64,000 bases of DNA from Ferruginibacter sp. (GTDB lineage Bacteria > Bacteroidota > Bacteroidia > Chitinophagales > Chitinophagaceae). The stretch covers positions 6,988 to 70,987 of the forward strand of contig JAYTHI010000171.1 in the NCBI GenBank assembly GCA_043732685.1, read 5' to 3'. Each line of letters opens with the position of its first letter. Within the stretch, counting starts at the first letter, position 1. Below are positions 1-9,584 of this stretch, piece by piece. Both the position numbers and the translations under genes were made by a program. The notes under the pieces were generated by a model. That model searched no databases. It saw only the letters and a program-made list of their open reading frames with translations, and was not told the origin of the DNA.

Positions 1-2022
1 CCATTGGTCAATTTTCCATTTAGGGTTTGTAGCATCAATAATATAATGCTTACAGTCAAAAACCTTGTTTAGCATGGCTATTGACAGCTTCGGATTTTTT
101 GAAATAATCAAAATGTCAACCTCAATTTTTTGCAATGGCACTTCAAATTGCAAGGATTTGTCAACCACAATAATTTTTTTGTTGCCAATCTGATAGTAAA
201 ATTGATTCTTCAAATTTAATGAAGTTTCTTTTAAAGTTGTTAATTGCAGTGCAAGCCTGGAAGGTTTTAAACTAAAATTTTGTTCAGGTCCATTTTTTGT
301 TAAAATACTATCCCCAATAAAATGGTAGGTATTGCCCTGTACCAAATCTATGGCCTGGTGTTGCTGTATATTATAAACAATTAATTTCTGTTGATTTTTA
401 AATTGCCAGTCCTGATAAGCTATTAGTACAGTAAAAAACAACAGGCAATATAAAGCAACCCTAAAACTAGCTTTATTTTTATTTAGTAACCAACTGCCGG
501 CACCAATGACGATGCCGTACAATAAACAGGTAGACAGCAGGGTTGATGGAATTTTCTCCCATAAAGAATAAGGCAACCCGCTTACCCAAATAATATACTT
601 ATTCATTCCCCAAATCATCCAATCAACTATTTTACCCGCAAATAGACCAAGGTAAGGTACCCAGGAAACGGAGACCAGGGCTATTTCTGCATAAAGAATT
701 ACAGTGGATAATGGCACCGCAATGATATTGGTAAACAGAAAAAAATTAGGAAACTGGTGGAAATAATAAATACAAATGGGAAAAGTTAGTATTTGTGCCG
801 CCAGCGAAATAGCCACCAATTGCCATACCATATTGAGGTACTTATTTTTAATGTACAGCCAATTACAAATGGAATTTTGAAAAATAACGATACCTATAAC
901 TGCGAGAAACGACAATTGGAAACCAACATCCCATAAAAAATAGGGATTATAACAAAGCATTACAAATGCAGCAGCAGCAAGGGTATTGTAGGTAGAGGAT
1001 GCTTTAGAGAAATTTTTTCCAATAGCAATAAAAGTAAACATTACGGCAGAGCGAACTACGGAAGCCGCAGCACCTGTTAAAATAGAAAATATCCACAGGC
1101 AGCATAATATTAAAACAACCTGCAATAATTTTGATTTTTTAATGAAGGGAATTTTCGAGAAAATTAGTACCAGTAAGGCATAAATTAAGGCAAGGTGCAT
1201 ACCCGAAATTGCAATGATATGCACTACACCGGTATTGCTGTAAGCTTGTACCAAATCCTTATCAAGATCGTTGGTATAGCCAATTAATAAAGCTTCCGCA
1301 AGGCCAAGCCCATCCTTACCGGGAGGTATATTTTTTCTAAGGATGAAAAGAACTTTATCCCTCGCTGTAAAAATAAATCGGGTAAAATAATTGATGTCTT
1401 TACCATCCAATATTACCCAATCGGTCGATTTTAAAAATACATTGTGAAAGGTAGATTGAAAGGCAGCGTATTGTTGATAATTAAATGCGCCGGGATTACC
1501 CGAATTTTTAATTTGCTGCAAATTTTTATGAAGCAAAATTCTATCCCCGTATTGCAAAACGTTGCCGATAGAATCTTTCGCAAAATACAAGAGCAATTTT
1601 CCTTTGCAGGGGGTAACAACAGCCCCATGAATAACAGCCTCCACATAACCAGTTGCTTTATCCGATTTAGCTTTCGAAATCAACGGTTCATTAATGCGCA
1701 CCACCAAATAATCACTATCCTTATAATAATGCCCATACCAATTGCTGTTATGGCGAACATCATTTTGCCGGGTTAATAATAAACCAACACAAATTAATAC
1801 CAGATGCAAAATTAAACCTTGCAACCATTGAAGTTTAAACCGTATAAAAAGTGGGAATAAAAAGAATAATAAATAGGCAATACCAAAACAAATTGCGCCC
1901 AAAAGTGATATACTTAATGACAATTGCAATTCCCATTGTAAAATGATGCCTGCAATAAGCGGCAGCAGCAACCTAACAAATGGTGCTTTTTTATGAAGGG
2001 GTACGCGGAAAGGGTTGGACAT
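1..2022 (-). CDS. comEC: ComEC/Rec2 family competence protein (DNA uptake channel), 3' end outside the window
   Basis: Not in the ORF track. Manual translation from the ATG at 2022 (MSNPFRVPLHKKAPFVRLLLP...) reads through to NPGAFNYQQY and the ComEC signature DLDKDLVQAYSNTGVVHIIAISGMHLAL, followed by hydrophobic segments; I did not translate every codon to the window edge. Confidence 0.9.
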   Translation of the reverse strand, partial: MSNPFRVPLHKKAPFVRLLLPLIAGIILQWELQLSLSISLLGAICFGIAYLLFFLFPLFIRFKLQWLQGLILHLVLICVGLLLTRQNDVRHNSNWYGHYYKDSDYLVVRINEPLISKAKSDKATGYVEAVIHGAVVTPCKGKLLLYFAKDSIGNVLQYGDRILLHKNLQQIKNSGNPGAFNYQQYAAFQSTFHNVFLKSTDWVILDGKDINYFTRFIFTARDKVLFILRKNIPPGKDGLGLAEALLIGYTNDLDKDLVQAYSNTGVVHIIAISGMHLALIYALLVLIFSKIPFIKKSKLLQVVLILCCLWIFSILTGAAASVVRSAVMFTFIAIGKNFSKASSTYNTLAAAAFVMLCYNPYFLWDVGFQLSFLAVIGIVIFQNSICNWLYIKNKYLNMVWQLVAISLAAQILTFPICIYYFHQFPNFFLFTNIIAVPLSTVILYAEIALVSVSWVPYLGLFAGKIVDWMIWGMNKYIIWVSGLPYSLWEKIPSTLLSTCLLYGIVIGAGSWLLNKNKASFRVALYCLLFFTVLIAYQDWQFKNQQKLIVYNIQQHQAIDLVQGNTYHFIGDSILTKNGPEQNFSLKPSRLALQLTTLKETSLNLKNQFYYQIGNKKIIVVDKSLQFEVPLQKIEVDILIISKNPKLSIAMLNKVFDCKHYIIDATNPKWKIDQW

Positions 2023-2322
2023 TTTATAAGGTACAGAAATTATATGGAAAGCTAAGCTATAAGCCTTTGTATGCCGAATTTAATCAGGAATTTCTAAAGA
2101 CAGCATTTTTGAAAGCCAGTAGATAATGCTTTACAATATACTAAAACCCTAATATCATTTTTTAAGATAATCCGTTAAGAAAACAACCTAAATAATTACC
2201 AATTATTAGTAAGAAAAATACTGGCTTAAACTTTTATTTGAAATTAATTACCACCCCTTTGGTATTTAATTTTGGTGGACCACCTTTACACTTCAGGAGA
2301 TGATCCACCAAAAATGGTTGTT

Positions 2323-5175
2323 TTATTTGCTTAAATGCATACTGCGTTCTTTATATAGTTGTCTAAAATATGGATCGCGTAAATCTTTTATAAAACGAAT
2401 GGCTTCACCGGTACTTTTCATCTCCGGACCTAACTCTTTATTTACACCAGGAAATTTATTGAAAGAAAATACAGGCTCTTTAATAGCAAAGCCTTTCAAT
2501 TTTTTCTCATAAGTAAAATCGCTTAATTTATTTACACCCAACATTATTTTAGTAGCAATATTTAAGTACGGTATTTGGTAAGCTTTTGCTATAAAAGGTG
2601 TAGTACGACTAGCTCTTGGGTTAGCTTCAATTACAAATACATTACCATCTTTAATGGCAAACTGGATATTTATAAGTCCTTTAATATTTAATTTACGCGC
2701 AATTTTTTCTGCATAATGTTCCATGGTTGTTACTACCAATGGGGTTAAATTAAATTGCGGTAAAACAGCATTGCTATCGCCACTATGAATACCGGCAGGT
2801 TCAATATGTTCCATTACCCCCATGATGTGAAATTGCTCTCCATCAAAAATGGCATCAATCTCTGCTTCCTGGCAACGATCTAAAAAATGGTCGATCAAAA
2901 TTTTATTTCCCGGTAAATGCTTTATTAAACTAAGGATACCTTTTTCCAGTTCATCATCATTTAATACAATCCTCATTCTTTGTCCGCCAATTACATAACT
3001 AGGCCTTATCAATACCGGATAACCAACCTGCTTAGCCACTTCAATTGCTTCATCGGTATTGTAAGCCGTACCATAATTTGGATAAGGAATATTTAGTTCC
3101 TTTAAAGTATCGCTAAACCTGCCGCGGTCTTCGGCAATATCCATGCTATCGAAAGAAGTACCAATAATTTTTATACCCTTTTCGTGTAATTTTTTTGCCA
3201 GTTTCAAAGCTGTCTGTCCACCCAATTGAACGATAACACCTTCCGGTTTTTCATGTTCAATAATCTCCCATAGATGTTCCCAGAATACGGGTTCAAAATA
3301 TAATTTATCTGCAATATCGAAATCGGTAGAAACGGTTTCGGGGTTACAATTTATCATGATGGCCTCGTAACCAGCTTCTTTTACCGCCAGTAAACCGTGT
3401 ACACAACAGTAATCAAATTCAATACCCTGACCAATTCTGTTTGGTCCGCTACCAAGTACTATAATTTTTTTCTTTTCAGAAACAATCGATTCATTCGACT
3501 CCAAACCCGATCCAATTGCAGCATTTACCGGCGCATTTTCAAAAGTAGAATAAAAGTAAGGTGTCTTTGCTTCAAACTCTGCACTGCAGGTATCCACCAT
3601 TTTAAATACCCTTGTAAGTCCAATGGCTTTTCTGCGTTGGTAAATTACTTCGGCATCATCTTCCTTCATTATCCTAACGATTTGTTCATCACTAAATCCT
3701 AAAAATTTAGCCTGCTTTAATAGTTCGTCGGGCAGGGTTTTAAGGTGATGTTTTGCGATCTCTTTTTCACAATCGCATATTTTTTGAATCTGATAAATAA
3801 ACCACCTGTCAATACCGGTACTTTCGCAAATTCTTTTTACACTGGCTCCGGCCATCAGCGCATCTTTTATGCGAAAAACCCTATCCCATTTCGGAATCTT
3901 GATGTATTCTATTAATTCATCGGCATGCATTAAACTTTTGCCGTAATATCCTAAGCCTACAGCTTCATTTTCTAAACTCTGACAAGCTTTTTGCAATGCT
4001 TCCGCAAAGCTTCTGCCAATCGCCATTACCTCACCCACACTCTTCATTTGAAAACCAAGGGTATCGTTGGCACCTTTAAATTTATCAAAATTCCAACGGG
4101 GAATTTTTACGATCACATAGTCCAGCGCCGGTTCAAAATAGGCCGAAGTAGATTGCGTAATTTGATTTTTTAATTCGTCCAGATTATAACCGATGGCTAA
4201 TTTGGCAGCAATTTTTGCAATGGGGTAACCGGTAGCTTTACTGGCAAGCGCAGAGGAGCGACTAACTCTTGGATTAATTTCAACTACAATTAATTCTTCG
4301 GTTTGCGGATTTAGTGCAAACTGAACATTACAGCCGCCGGCAAAATTACCCAGTTCGCGCATCATCCTAATGGCAGTGTTGCGCATTAATTGGTAGGCGG
4401 TATCGCTCAAGGTCATTGCAGGCGCCACTGTTATGCTATCTCCTGTATGTATGCCCATGGGGTCAAAATTTTCAACCGCACAAATAATTACTACATTATC
4501 ATTGTTATCTCTCAATAATTCCAGTTCAAATTCTTTCCATCCTAAAACGGCTTTCTCAACCAATACTTCGTGAATAGGAGATGCAGTTAAACCATTATTA
4601 AGCGCTTCGTCTAATTCTTCTTTTTTAAATACAATACCACCACCAGTGCCACCCAATGTAAAGGAAGGGCGTATCACCAGGGGAAAACCAATTTCCTGTG
4701 CAAATTCTTTTCCTTCTAAAAAGGAATTGGCGGTTCTTGCAGGGCAAACAGGAATATTCATTTGAATCATCCATTGGCGAAACTTCTCTCTATCCTCAGC
4801 TTTATCGATGGCTTTAATATCTACGCCAATTAGTTTAACATTATATTTTTCCCAAATACCCAATTCATCAGCCTCTTTACAAAGGTTAAGCGCTGTTTGT
4901 CCGCCCATGGTAGGCAGCACCGCATCAATTTGATTTTCTTCCAGAATTTGTTCGATGCTTTCGGCTGTTAATGGCAACAGGTAAACACGGTCGGCCATCA
5001 TGGGGTCTGTCATAATGGTAGCTGGATTGCTGTTGATCAGTATCACTTTAATACCTTCTTCCCTTAAACTTCGGGCAGCCTGGGTACCTGAATAGTCAAA
5101 TTCGCAAGCCTGGCCTATAATGATGGGGCCGGAGCCAATAATTAATACTGATTTTATGGATAAGTCTTTTGGCAT
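2323..5175 (-). CDS. carB: Carbamoyl-phosphate synthase large subunit (short 950-aa form)
   Basis: N-terminal [18 protein letters not shown], second-half [16 protein letters not shown], two ATP-grasp domains ([19 protein letters not shown]). Confidence 0.98.
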   Translation of the reverse strand: MPKDLSIKSVLIIGSGPIIIGQACEFDYSGTQAARSLREEGIKVILINSNPATIMTDPMMADRVYLLPLTAESIEQILEENQIDAVLPTMGGQTALNLCKEADELGIWEKYNVKLIGVDIKAIDKAEDREKFRQWMIQMNIPVCPARTANSFLEGKEFAQEIGFPLVIRPSFTLGGTGGGIVFKKEELDEALNNGLTASPIHEVLVEKAVLGWKEFELELLRDNNDNVVIICAVENFDPMGIHTGDSITVAPAMTLSDTAYQLMRNTAIRMMRELGNFAGGCNVQFALNPQTEELIVVEINPRVSRSSALASKATGYPIAKIAAKLAIGYNLDELKNQITQSTSAYFEPALDYVIVKIPRWNFDKFKGANDTLGFQMKSVGEVMAIGRSFAEALQKACQSLENEAVGLGYYGKSLMHADELIEYIKIPKWDRVFRIKDALMAGASVKRICESTGIDRWFIYQIQKICDCEKEIAKHHLKTLPDELLKQAKFLGFSDEQIVRIMKEDDAEVIYQRRKAIGLTRVFKMVDTCSAEFEAKTPYFYSTFENAPVNAAIGSGLESNESIVSEKKKIIVLGSGPNRIGQGIEFDYCCVHGLLAVKEAGYEAIMINCNPETVSTDFDIADKLYFEPVFWEHLWEIIEHEKPEGVIVQLGGQTALKLAKKLHEKGIKIIGTSFDSMDIAEDRGRFSDTLKELNIPYPNYGTAYNTDEAIEVAKQVGYPVLIRPSYVIGGQRMRIVLNDDELEKGILSLIKHLPGNKILIDHFLDRCQEAEIDAIFDGEQFHIMGVMEHIEPAGIHSGDSNAVLPQFNLTPLVVTTMEHYAEKIARKLNIKGLINIQFAIKDGNVFVIEANPRASRTTPFIAKAYQIPYLNIATKIMLGVNKLSDFTYEKKLKGFAIKEPVFSFNKFPGVNKELGPEMKSTGEAIRFIKDLRDPYFRQLYKERSMHLSK

Positions 5176-5200
5176 AATATAACGCCCTTGTGCAGGCGTG

Positions 5201-5208
5201 CAAAAGTA
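5201..5208 (-). promoter_or_regulatory. Bacteroidota sigma70 -7 box (TACTTTTG) upstream of carB
   Basis: The minus strand reads TACTTTTGCA 26 nt upstream of the carB ATG and matches TAnnTTTG; no clear TTG -33 element at the usual spacing. Confidence 0.5.
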
Positions 5209-5517
5209 AGGGATGGGGCTTAAAAAATGAAATGAGAAATTTTACACGATCTGGAATGAAAAATAAGCAGGTTAAATATTTAATATTGGTTAGATAAAAT
5301 TAATCTTCAGCGGCAAACCTGCTTAGGAAAGAGGGGTGTTTGGAGGTATCGTTTTTTACTCAACTTAAAGCCTATCTAAAGGTGAGCGAAGTTTGATAAT
5401 ATGTTTTTTATGTTTTTAGTTTATTTTAAATTAACAAGTAAAATACTAATTTTATTAGTATTTTACTGCCTTTGAAATATTCACTTGAATTAGATACTTA
5501 AACTTTGGAAAATCCCT

Positions 5518-6342
5518 ATGCCAAAAAATAAAACCATTATAGTTGAAAAAATTTCAGTTGTACTGTATTTCGAAGATAAACAAGATTATATTTCATTAAC
5601 CGACATTGCCAGGTATAAGGACCCGGATAGGACGGATTATATTGTTCAGAACTGGTTAAGAAATAGAAATACGATTGAACTCCTGGGTTTTTGGGAAATA
5701 TTATATAAACCCAATTTTAAACCCATCGAATTCGATGGGTTTAAAAAACTTGCCGGATTAAATAGCTTTGCGCTTACACCCAAACAATGGATTGAAAAAA
5801 CTAATGCAATCGGCATGGTATCAAAATCTGGTCGCTATGGAGGAACATTTGCACACAAAGACATTGCATTTGAATTTGCCTCATGGATATCGATAGAATT
5901 TAAACTTTACCTCATCAAAGAATTTCAACGTTTAAAAGAAGAGGAGAACACACGCCTAAACATTGGATGGAACCTGCAAAGAACACTTGCCAAAGTAAAT
6001 TACCGAATACATACAGATGCTATTAAAGAGAATATTATACCCCAACTACTGAATAAAACCGAAACTGCATTTATTTATGCCAGTGAAGCAGATGTACTAA
6101 GCATGGCGCTTTTTGGCAAAACAGCACAGCAATGGAGAAAAGAAAACCCAACGGCAACGGGTAATTTACGGGATGAGGCAAGTATTGAACAATTAGTGGT
6201 GCTTTCTAATTTGGAAAGTGTAAATGCAGTATTTATTCATCAGGGTGTTTTGCAAGGTGAGCGATTGCTCCAATTGAATGTAATCGCAATTACGCAAATG
6301 AGCTCATTGGTAAAAAATGCATCGATGGCAAAGTTAAAATAG
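5518..6342 (+). CDS. KilA-N (APSES-type HTH) domain DNA-binding protein
   Basis: DYISLTDIAR...NWLRNRNTIELLGFWE...SKSGRYGGTFAHKDIAFEFASWISIEFKLYLIKEFQRLK is the typical KilA-N family pattern. Confidence 0.9.
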   Translation: MPKNKTIIVEKISVVLYFEDKQDYISLTDIARYKDPDRTDYIVQNWLRNRNTIELLGFWEILYKPNFKPIEFDGFKKLAGLNSFALTPKQWIEKTNAIGMVSKSGRYGGTFAHKDIAFEFASWISIEFKLYLIKEFQRLKEEENTRLNIGWNLQRTLAKVNYRIHTDAIKENIIPQLLNKTETAFIYASEADVLSMALFGKTAQQWRKENPTATGNLRDEASIEQLVVLSNLESVNAVFIHQGVLQGERLLQLNVIAITQMSSLVKNASMAKLK

Positions 6343-6612
6343 CCGGGTAAAACAAATAACATAAGTACACAATTGTTTAATTGTGAAAAGTTATTAGGAC
6401 TCATTGCAGTTAGGGTTAAGTTTTAAATTTTAATATGCTGATCTACCAGATAATTAAATAACTAAACAAGGCAGAAAAAATAAAAACGTGAAATTTATTA
6501 TTTTCTAAAAACGCTTTACTGTGTTGGCTTTCATAGAGCAGTAACTAAATATTTTTTTTAAAATATTAGAACGTTTAGTTTTTTTTACATAATCCAAAGG
6601 TGGGTAACTTTT

Positions 6613-6909
6613 TTACGATCCATCCGGCGCCGGCTTTTCTTTCTTACCAAATAAATCACTCATTGTTTTTTCTGCATCACCAAAATGTTCCTTAAATGCA
6701 TCGGTTCCCTTCGTTTTTAATTCGTCAAAATAATCCTTTGCTTTATCAAAGGCTACTTCAGCTTCGGCCTTCATGCTATGGGCTTTTTCTTTTAGATCGG
6801 CGGCTAATTTTTCTTTTTCCTCTTCGGACATACTCATATATTTAGCCCCGGCCAGGGCTGCCGCAGCGCCCAATAAAAAGGTGGCAATATGTTTAGCGTT
6901 TACAGCCAT
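6613..6909 (-). CDS. YtxH-domain protein
   Basis: N-terminal hydrophobic FLLGAAAALAG segment followed by a Lys/Glu/Ala-rich helical tail. Confidence 0.7.
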   Translation of the reverse strand: MAVNAKHIATFLLGAAAALAGAKYMSMSEEEKEKLAADLKEKAHSMKAEAEVAFDKAKDYFDELKTKGTDAFKEHFGDAEKTMSDLFGKKEKPAPDGS

Positions 6910-6955
6910 GATTTATACATTTTTAAGGTACTATTAATTAGATTTGTATTTCATT

Positions 6956-8668
6956 ATGAATATACAAAAACTTATTATTTTATTTATTTTTTCCGGATGG
7001 TTTCTTTGCACATCGGCACAAGTTTTTTCGCCTAAAAATTATCCGCAAGGCTATTTTCTATGGCCTGTTGAAGCCAAAATAGCCATAGTTGCCAATTTTG
7101 GCGAGCTAAGGCCAAACCATTTCCACATGGGTTTGGATTGCAGAACAGACCAGCATGAAAACGTACATGTAGTGGCAGCAGCAGATGGCTACATTGCTAA
7201 AGTTAAAATAGAACCTTTCGGCTTTGGAAGGTGTATTTACATTAACCACCCCAACGGCTTAACTACGCTTTATGCGCATTTAAATGATTTTAATCCGGCT
7301 TTGGAAAACTACATTACCCAACAACAATATCAACGCAAAAGCTGGAAGGTTTTTTTGGATATTCCTTCCAATCTGTTTCCTGTAAAAAAAGGTCAGTTTA
7401 TAGCCTACAGTGGTACTACAGGCGGATCTCAGGGGCCGCATACCCATTTTGAGATTAGGGATACCAAAACGGATAAAGTATTGAATCCTCTTTTATTTGG
7501 TTTACCAATAAACGATAATATTCCGCCTGATATTTTGCACCTGGCCGTGTACGATAGAAATAGCAGTACCTACGAACAAACGCCACGTTTGTACCCTATT
7601 AAAAAAGTAAATGGAATATATGTAACAACACCCGCAAATATCAGCTTAAACTCCGATAAAGTAAGTTTTGCCATTACTGCATACGACCGCTATACGGGCT
7701 CTACCAACCGAAACGGTATTTACCAGGCTGTTTTGTATGAAGACAACAAAGCTGTAGTAGGCTTTCAGTTAGATAGCATCAGCTATGATGAAACAAGGTA
7801 TATTAATGCGCACATAGATTATAAATTAAAAAGCACCACCGGTTTATACGTGCAACACCTTAGCAGATTGCCGGGTTACGCAAAAGGCATCTATAAAGAG
7901 GTAACCGGAGATGGTGTAATTAGTTTGGAAAATAATGCGGCGCATGCCATAAAAATTGAAGTAAAAGATACCAGGGGCAATATGTCGCTTTTAGAATTTG
8001 GCATACAAAAAAGCTTTGGAAATGTGCACGCGTATAATCCTAATCCTATTGCAGTGTATCAACCGCTTGAATTTAACCCTGGGTTTATAAATATTTTTGA
8101 GAATAATAAGGTGATATTGCAAATGCCTGAAATTTGCCTGTATGATTCTATCCGGTTTAAGTACAATGAAATTATCCCTGCCACAGGGTTTCCCATTTAT
8201 CAAATACACAATACTACTGTTCCGGTGCAAGACTTGTTTACCTTAAAAATAAAAAATACCGTCACCAATTATCCCGATAAGATAGTGATGCATCGTTTTG
8301 CAAATGAAAAAGATGATTATAAAATAGCCACCAATGACAATGGCTGGTACAAAGCAAGTTTTAGAGAATTTGGAAACTTTCAGTTATTGGAAGATAGGGT
8401 ACCACCCGTTATCAGACCAGTTGGCTTTAGAGAAGGCATGCGTGTAAACCAATCAAGCAGGTTGATATTTGTAATTACAGATAATACAGAAGAAGTAAAT
8501 TTTACTGCAACCTTAGATGGACAATGGCTGCGCTTTAGTAATGATAAGGGCAAAACATTTATTTATAAAATGGACGACCATTGCAGCATCGGCAAACATG
8601 AACTTATCCTAACAGCAATTGATTGCGTTGGAAATAAGACAGAAAAAATATATCATTTTACAAGGTAA
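6956..8668 (+). CDS. M23 family metallopeptidase, exported
   Basis: Signal peptide; HxxxD motif (HFHMGLD) and HxH motif (GPHTHFE); TTLYAHL. Start moved to the ATG at 6956. Confidence 0.9.
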   Translation: MNIQKLIILFIFSGWFLCTSAQVFSPKNYPQGYFLWPVEAKIAIVANFGELRPNHFHMGLDCRTDQHENVHVVAAADGYIAKVKIEPFGFGRCIYINHPNGLTTLYAHLNDFNPALENYITQQQYQRKSWKVFLDIPSNLFPVKKGQFIAYSGTTGGSQGPHTHFEIRDTKTDKVLNPLLFGLPINDNIPPDILHLAVYDRNSSTYEQTPRLYPIKKVNGIYVTTPANISLNSDKVSFAITAYDRYTGSTNRNGIYQAVLYEDNKAVVGFQLDSISYDETRYINAHIDYKLKSTTGLYVQHLSRLPGYAKGIYKEVTGDGVISLENNAAHAIKIEVKDTRGNMSLLEFGIQKSFGNVHAYNPNPIAVYQPLEFNPGFINIFENNKVILQMPEICLYDSIRFKYNEIIPATGFPIYQIHNTTVPVQDLFTLKIKNTVTNYPDKIVMHRFANEKDDYKIATNDNGWYKASFREFGNFQLLEDRVPPVIRPVGFREGMRVNQSSRLIFVITDNTEEVNFTATLDGQWLRFSNDKGKTFIYKMDDHCSIGKHELILTAIDCVGNKTEKIYHFTR

Positions 8669-8821
8669 ATTATTGGATGTTTACCAACAGTTTAGCACTA
8701 ACGATTGTACTGCATTAGGGGCAGAAGTATCAATGCGTTTTTTATCGGCCTTGCAGCAAAAATTGGATTGAATAGTAACCCGGGGGGCACACAAGATTTT
8801 TACACGTAGAAATATATAAAA

Positions 8822-9304
8822 ATGACAACAATAAAAGAAGGAAAGAAAGCCCCTGCATTTAAGGGAACTGATCAAAATGGACAACCTGTTTCTTTATCAG
8901 ATTTTAAAGGTAAAAAGTTGATCTTATATTTTTATCCAAAGGATGATACACCCGGCTGTACTGCACAGGCTTGTAATTTGCGTGATAATTATGAGGAGTT
9001 AATAACAAAGGGTTTTGCAGTAATTGGGGTTAGTACCGACCCGGTAAAAAAGCATAAAAAATTTGAAGAAAAATACAAATTACCTTTTTCGCTGATAGCA
9101 GATGAGGACAAAGTTATTGTTGAAAAATATGGTGTTTGGGGCGAGAAAAAATTTATGGGAAGAACCTATGATGGTATTTCAAGAACCACCTTTTTAATTG
9201 ATGAAGCCGGAATAATTAAAAAAATAATCACAAAACCTTCAACTAAAACACATGCTGAAGAGATTTTAGAAGCATGGGCAATAACCGAGGCAGATAAAAA
9301 GTAA
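8822..9304 (+). CDS. bcp: Thioredoxin-dependent thiol peroxidase (BCP/PrxQ)
   Basis: YFYPKDDTPGCTAQAC active-site motif. Confidence 0.97.
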   Translation: MTTIKEGKKAPAFKGTDQNGQPVSLSDFKGKKLILYFYPKDDTPGCTAQACNLRDNYEELITKGFAVIGVSTDPVKKHKKFEEKYKLPFSLIADEDKVIVEKYGVWGEKKFMGRTYDGISRTTFLIDEAGIIKKIITKPSTKTHAEEILEAWAITEADKK

Positions 9305-9315
9305 TTTTTTTAAAT

Positions 9316-9357
9316 AATACCCCTGTAGCCTATTTTAAAATTGGCTACAGGGGTATT
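9316..9357 (+). terminator. Hairpin, likely intrinsic terminator after bcp
   Basis: Perfect 15-bp stem AATACCCCTGTAGCC / GGCTACAGGGGTATT with a 12-nt loop, 11 nt after the stop codon. Confidence 0.75.
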
Positions 9358-9584
9358 AAATTAAAATCTCCGATAAAGATTTTAATTTCAATAAATTTAA
9401 TTTGATAAAGAATTTCGAAATCATATAATGTTTTATTGCTATTTATTTTAAAATTTGAACTGCTGATTTTAATTTATATAAATTTTCGGCAGACCATGGG
9501 AATTTAATAATTAAACAGCCTCTTTCTATAATTATCAAGCCATTTAAACATCGTATATTTATTTTACACTTATTTTTAGATTAA

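Noticed and set aside
1431-1776. ORFs 1431..1646(-) and 1444..1776(+)
   Set aside because: They are alternative-frame or antisense shadows of the comEC reading frame.
2270-2313. Inverted repeat TTTTGGTGGA / TCCACCAAAA downstream of carB
   Set aside because: It has a 10-bp stem with a 24-nt interior and no proper U tract on the carB strand; possibly a terminator but not supportable.
5281-5325. Partial resemblance (TATTGG.TTAG...GCAAACCTGCT) to the 44158 inverted-repeat end
   Set aside because: The match is short and gapped in AT-rich DNA and cannot be distinguished from chance by eye.
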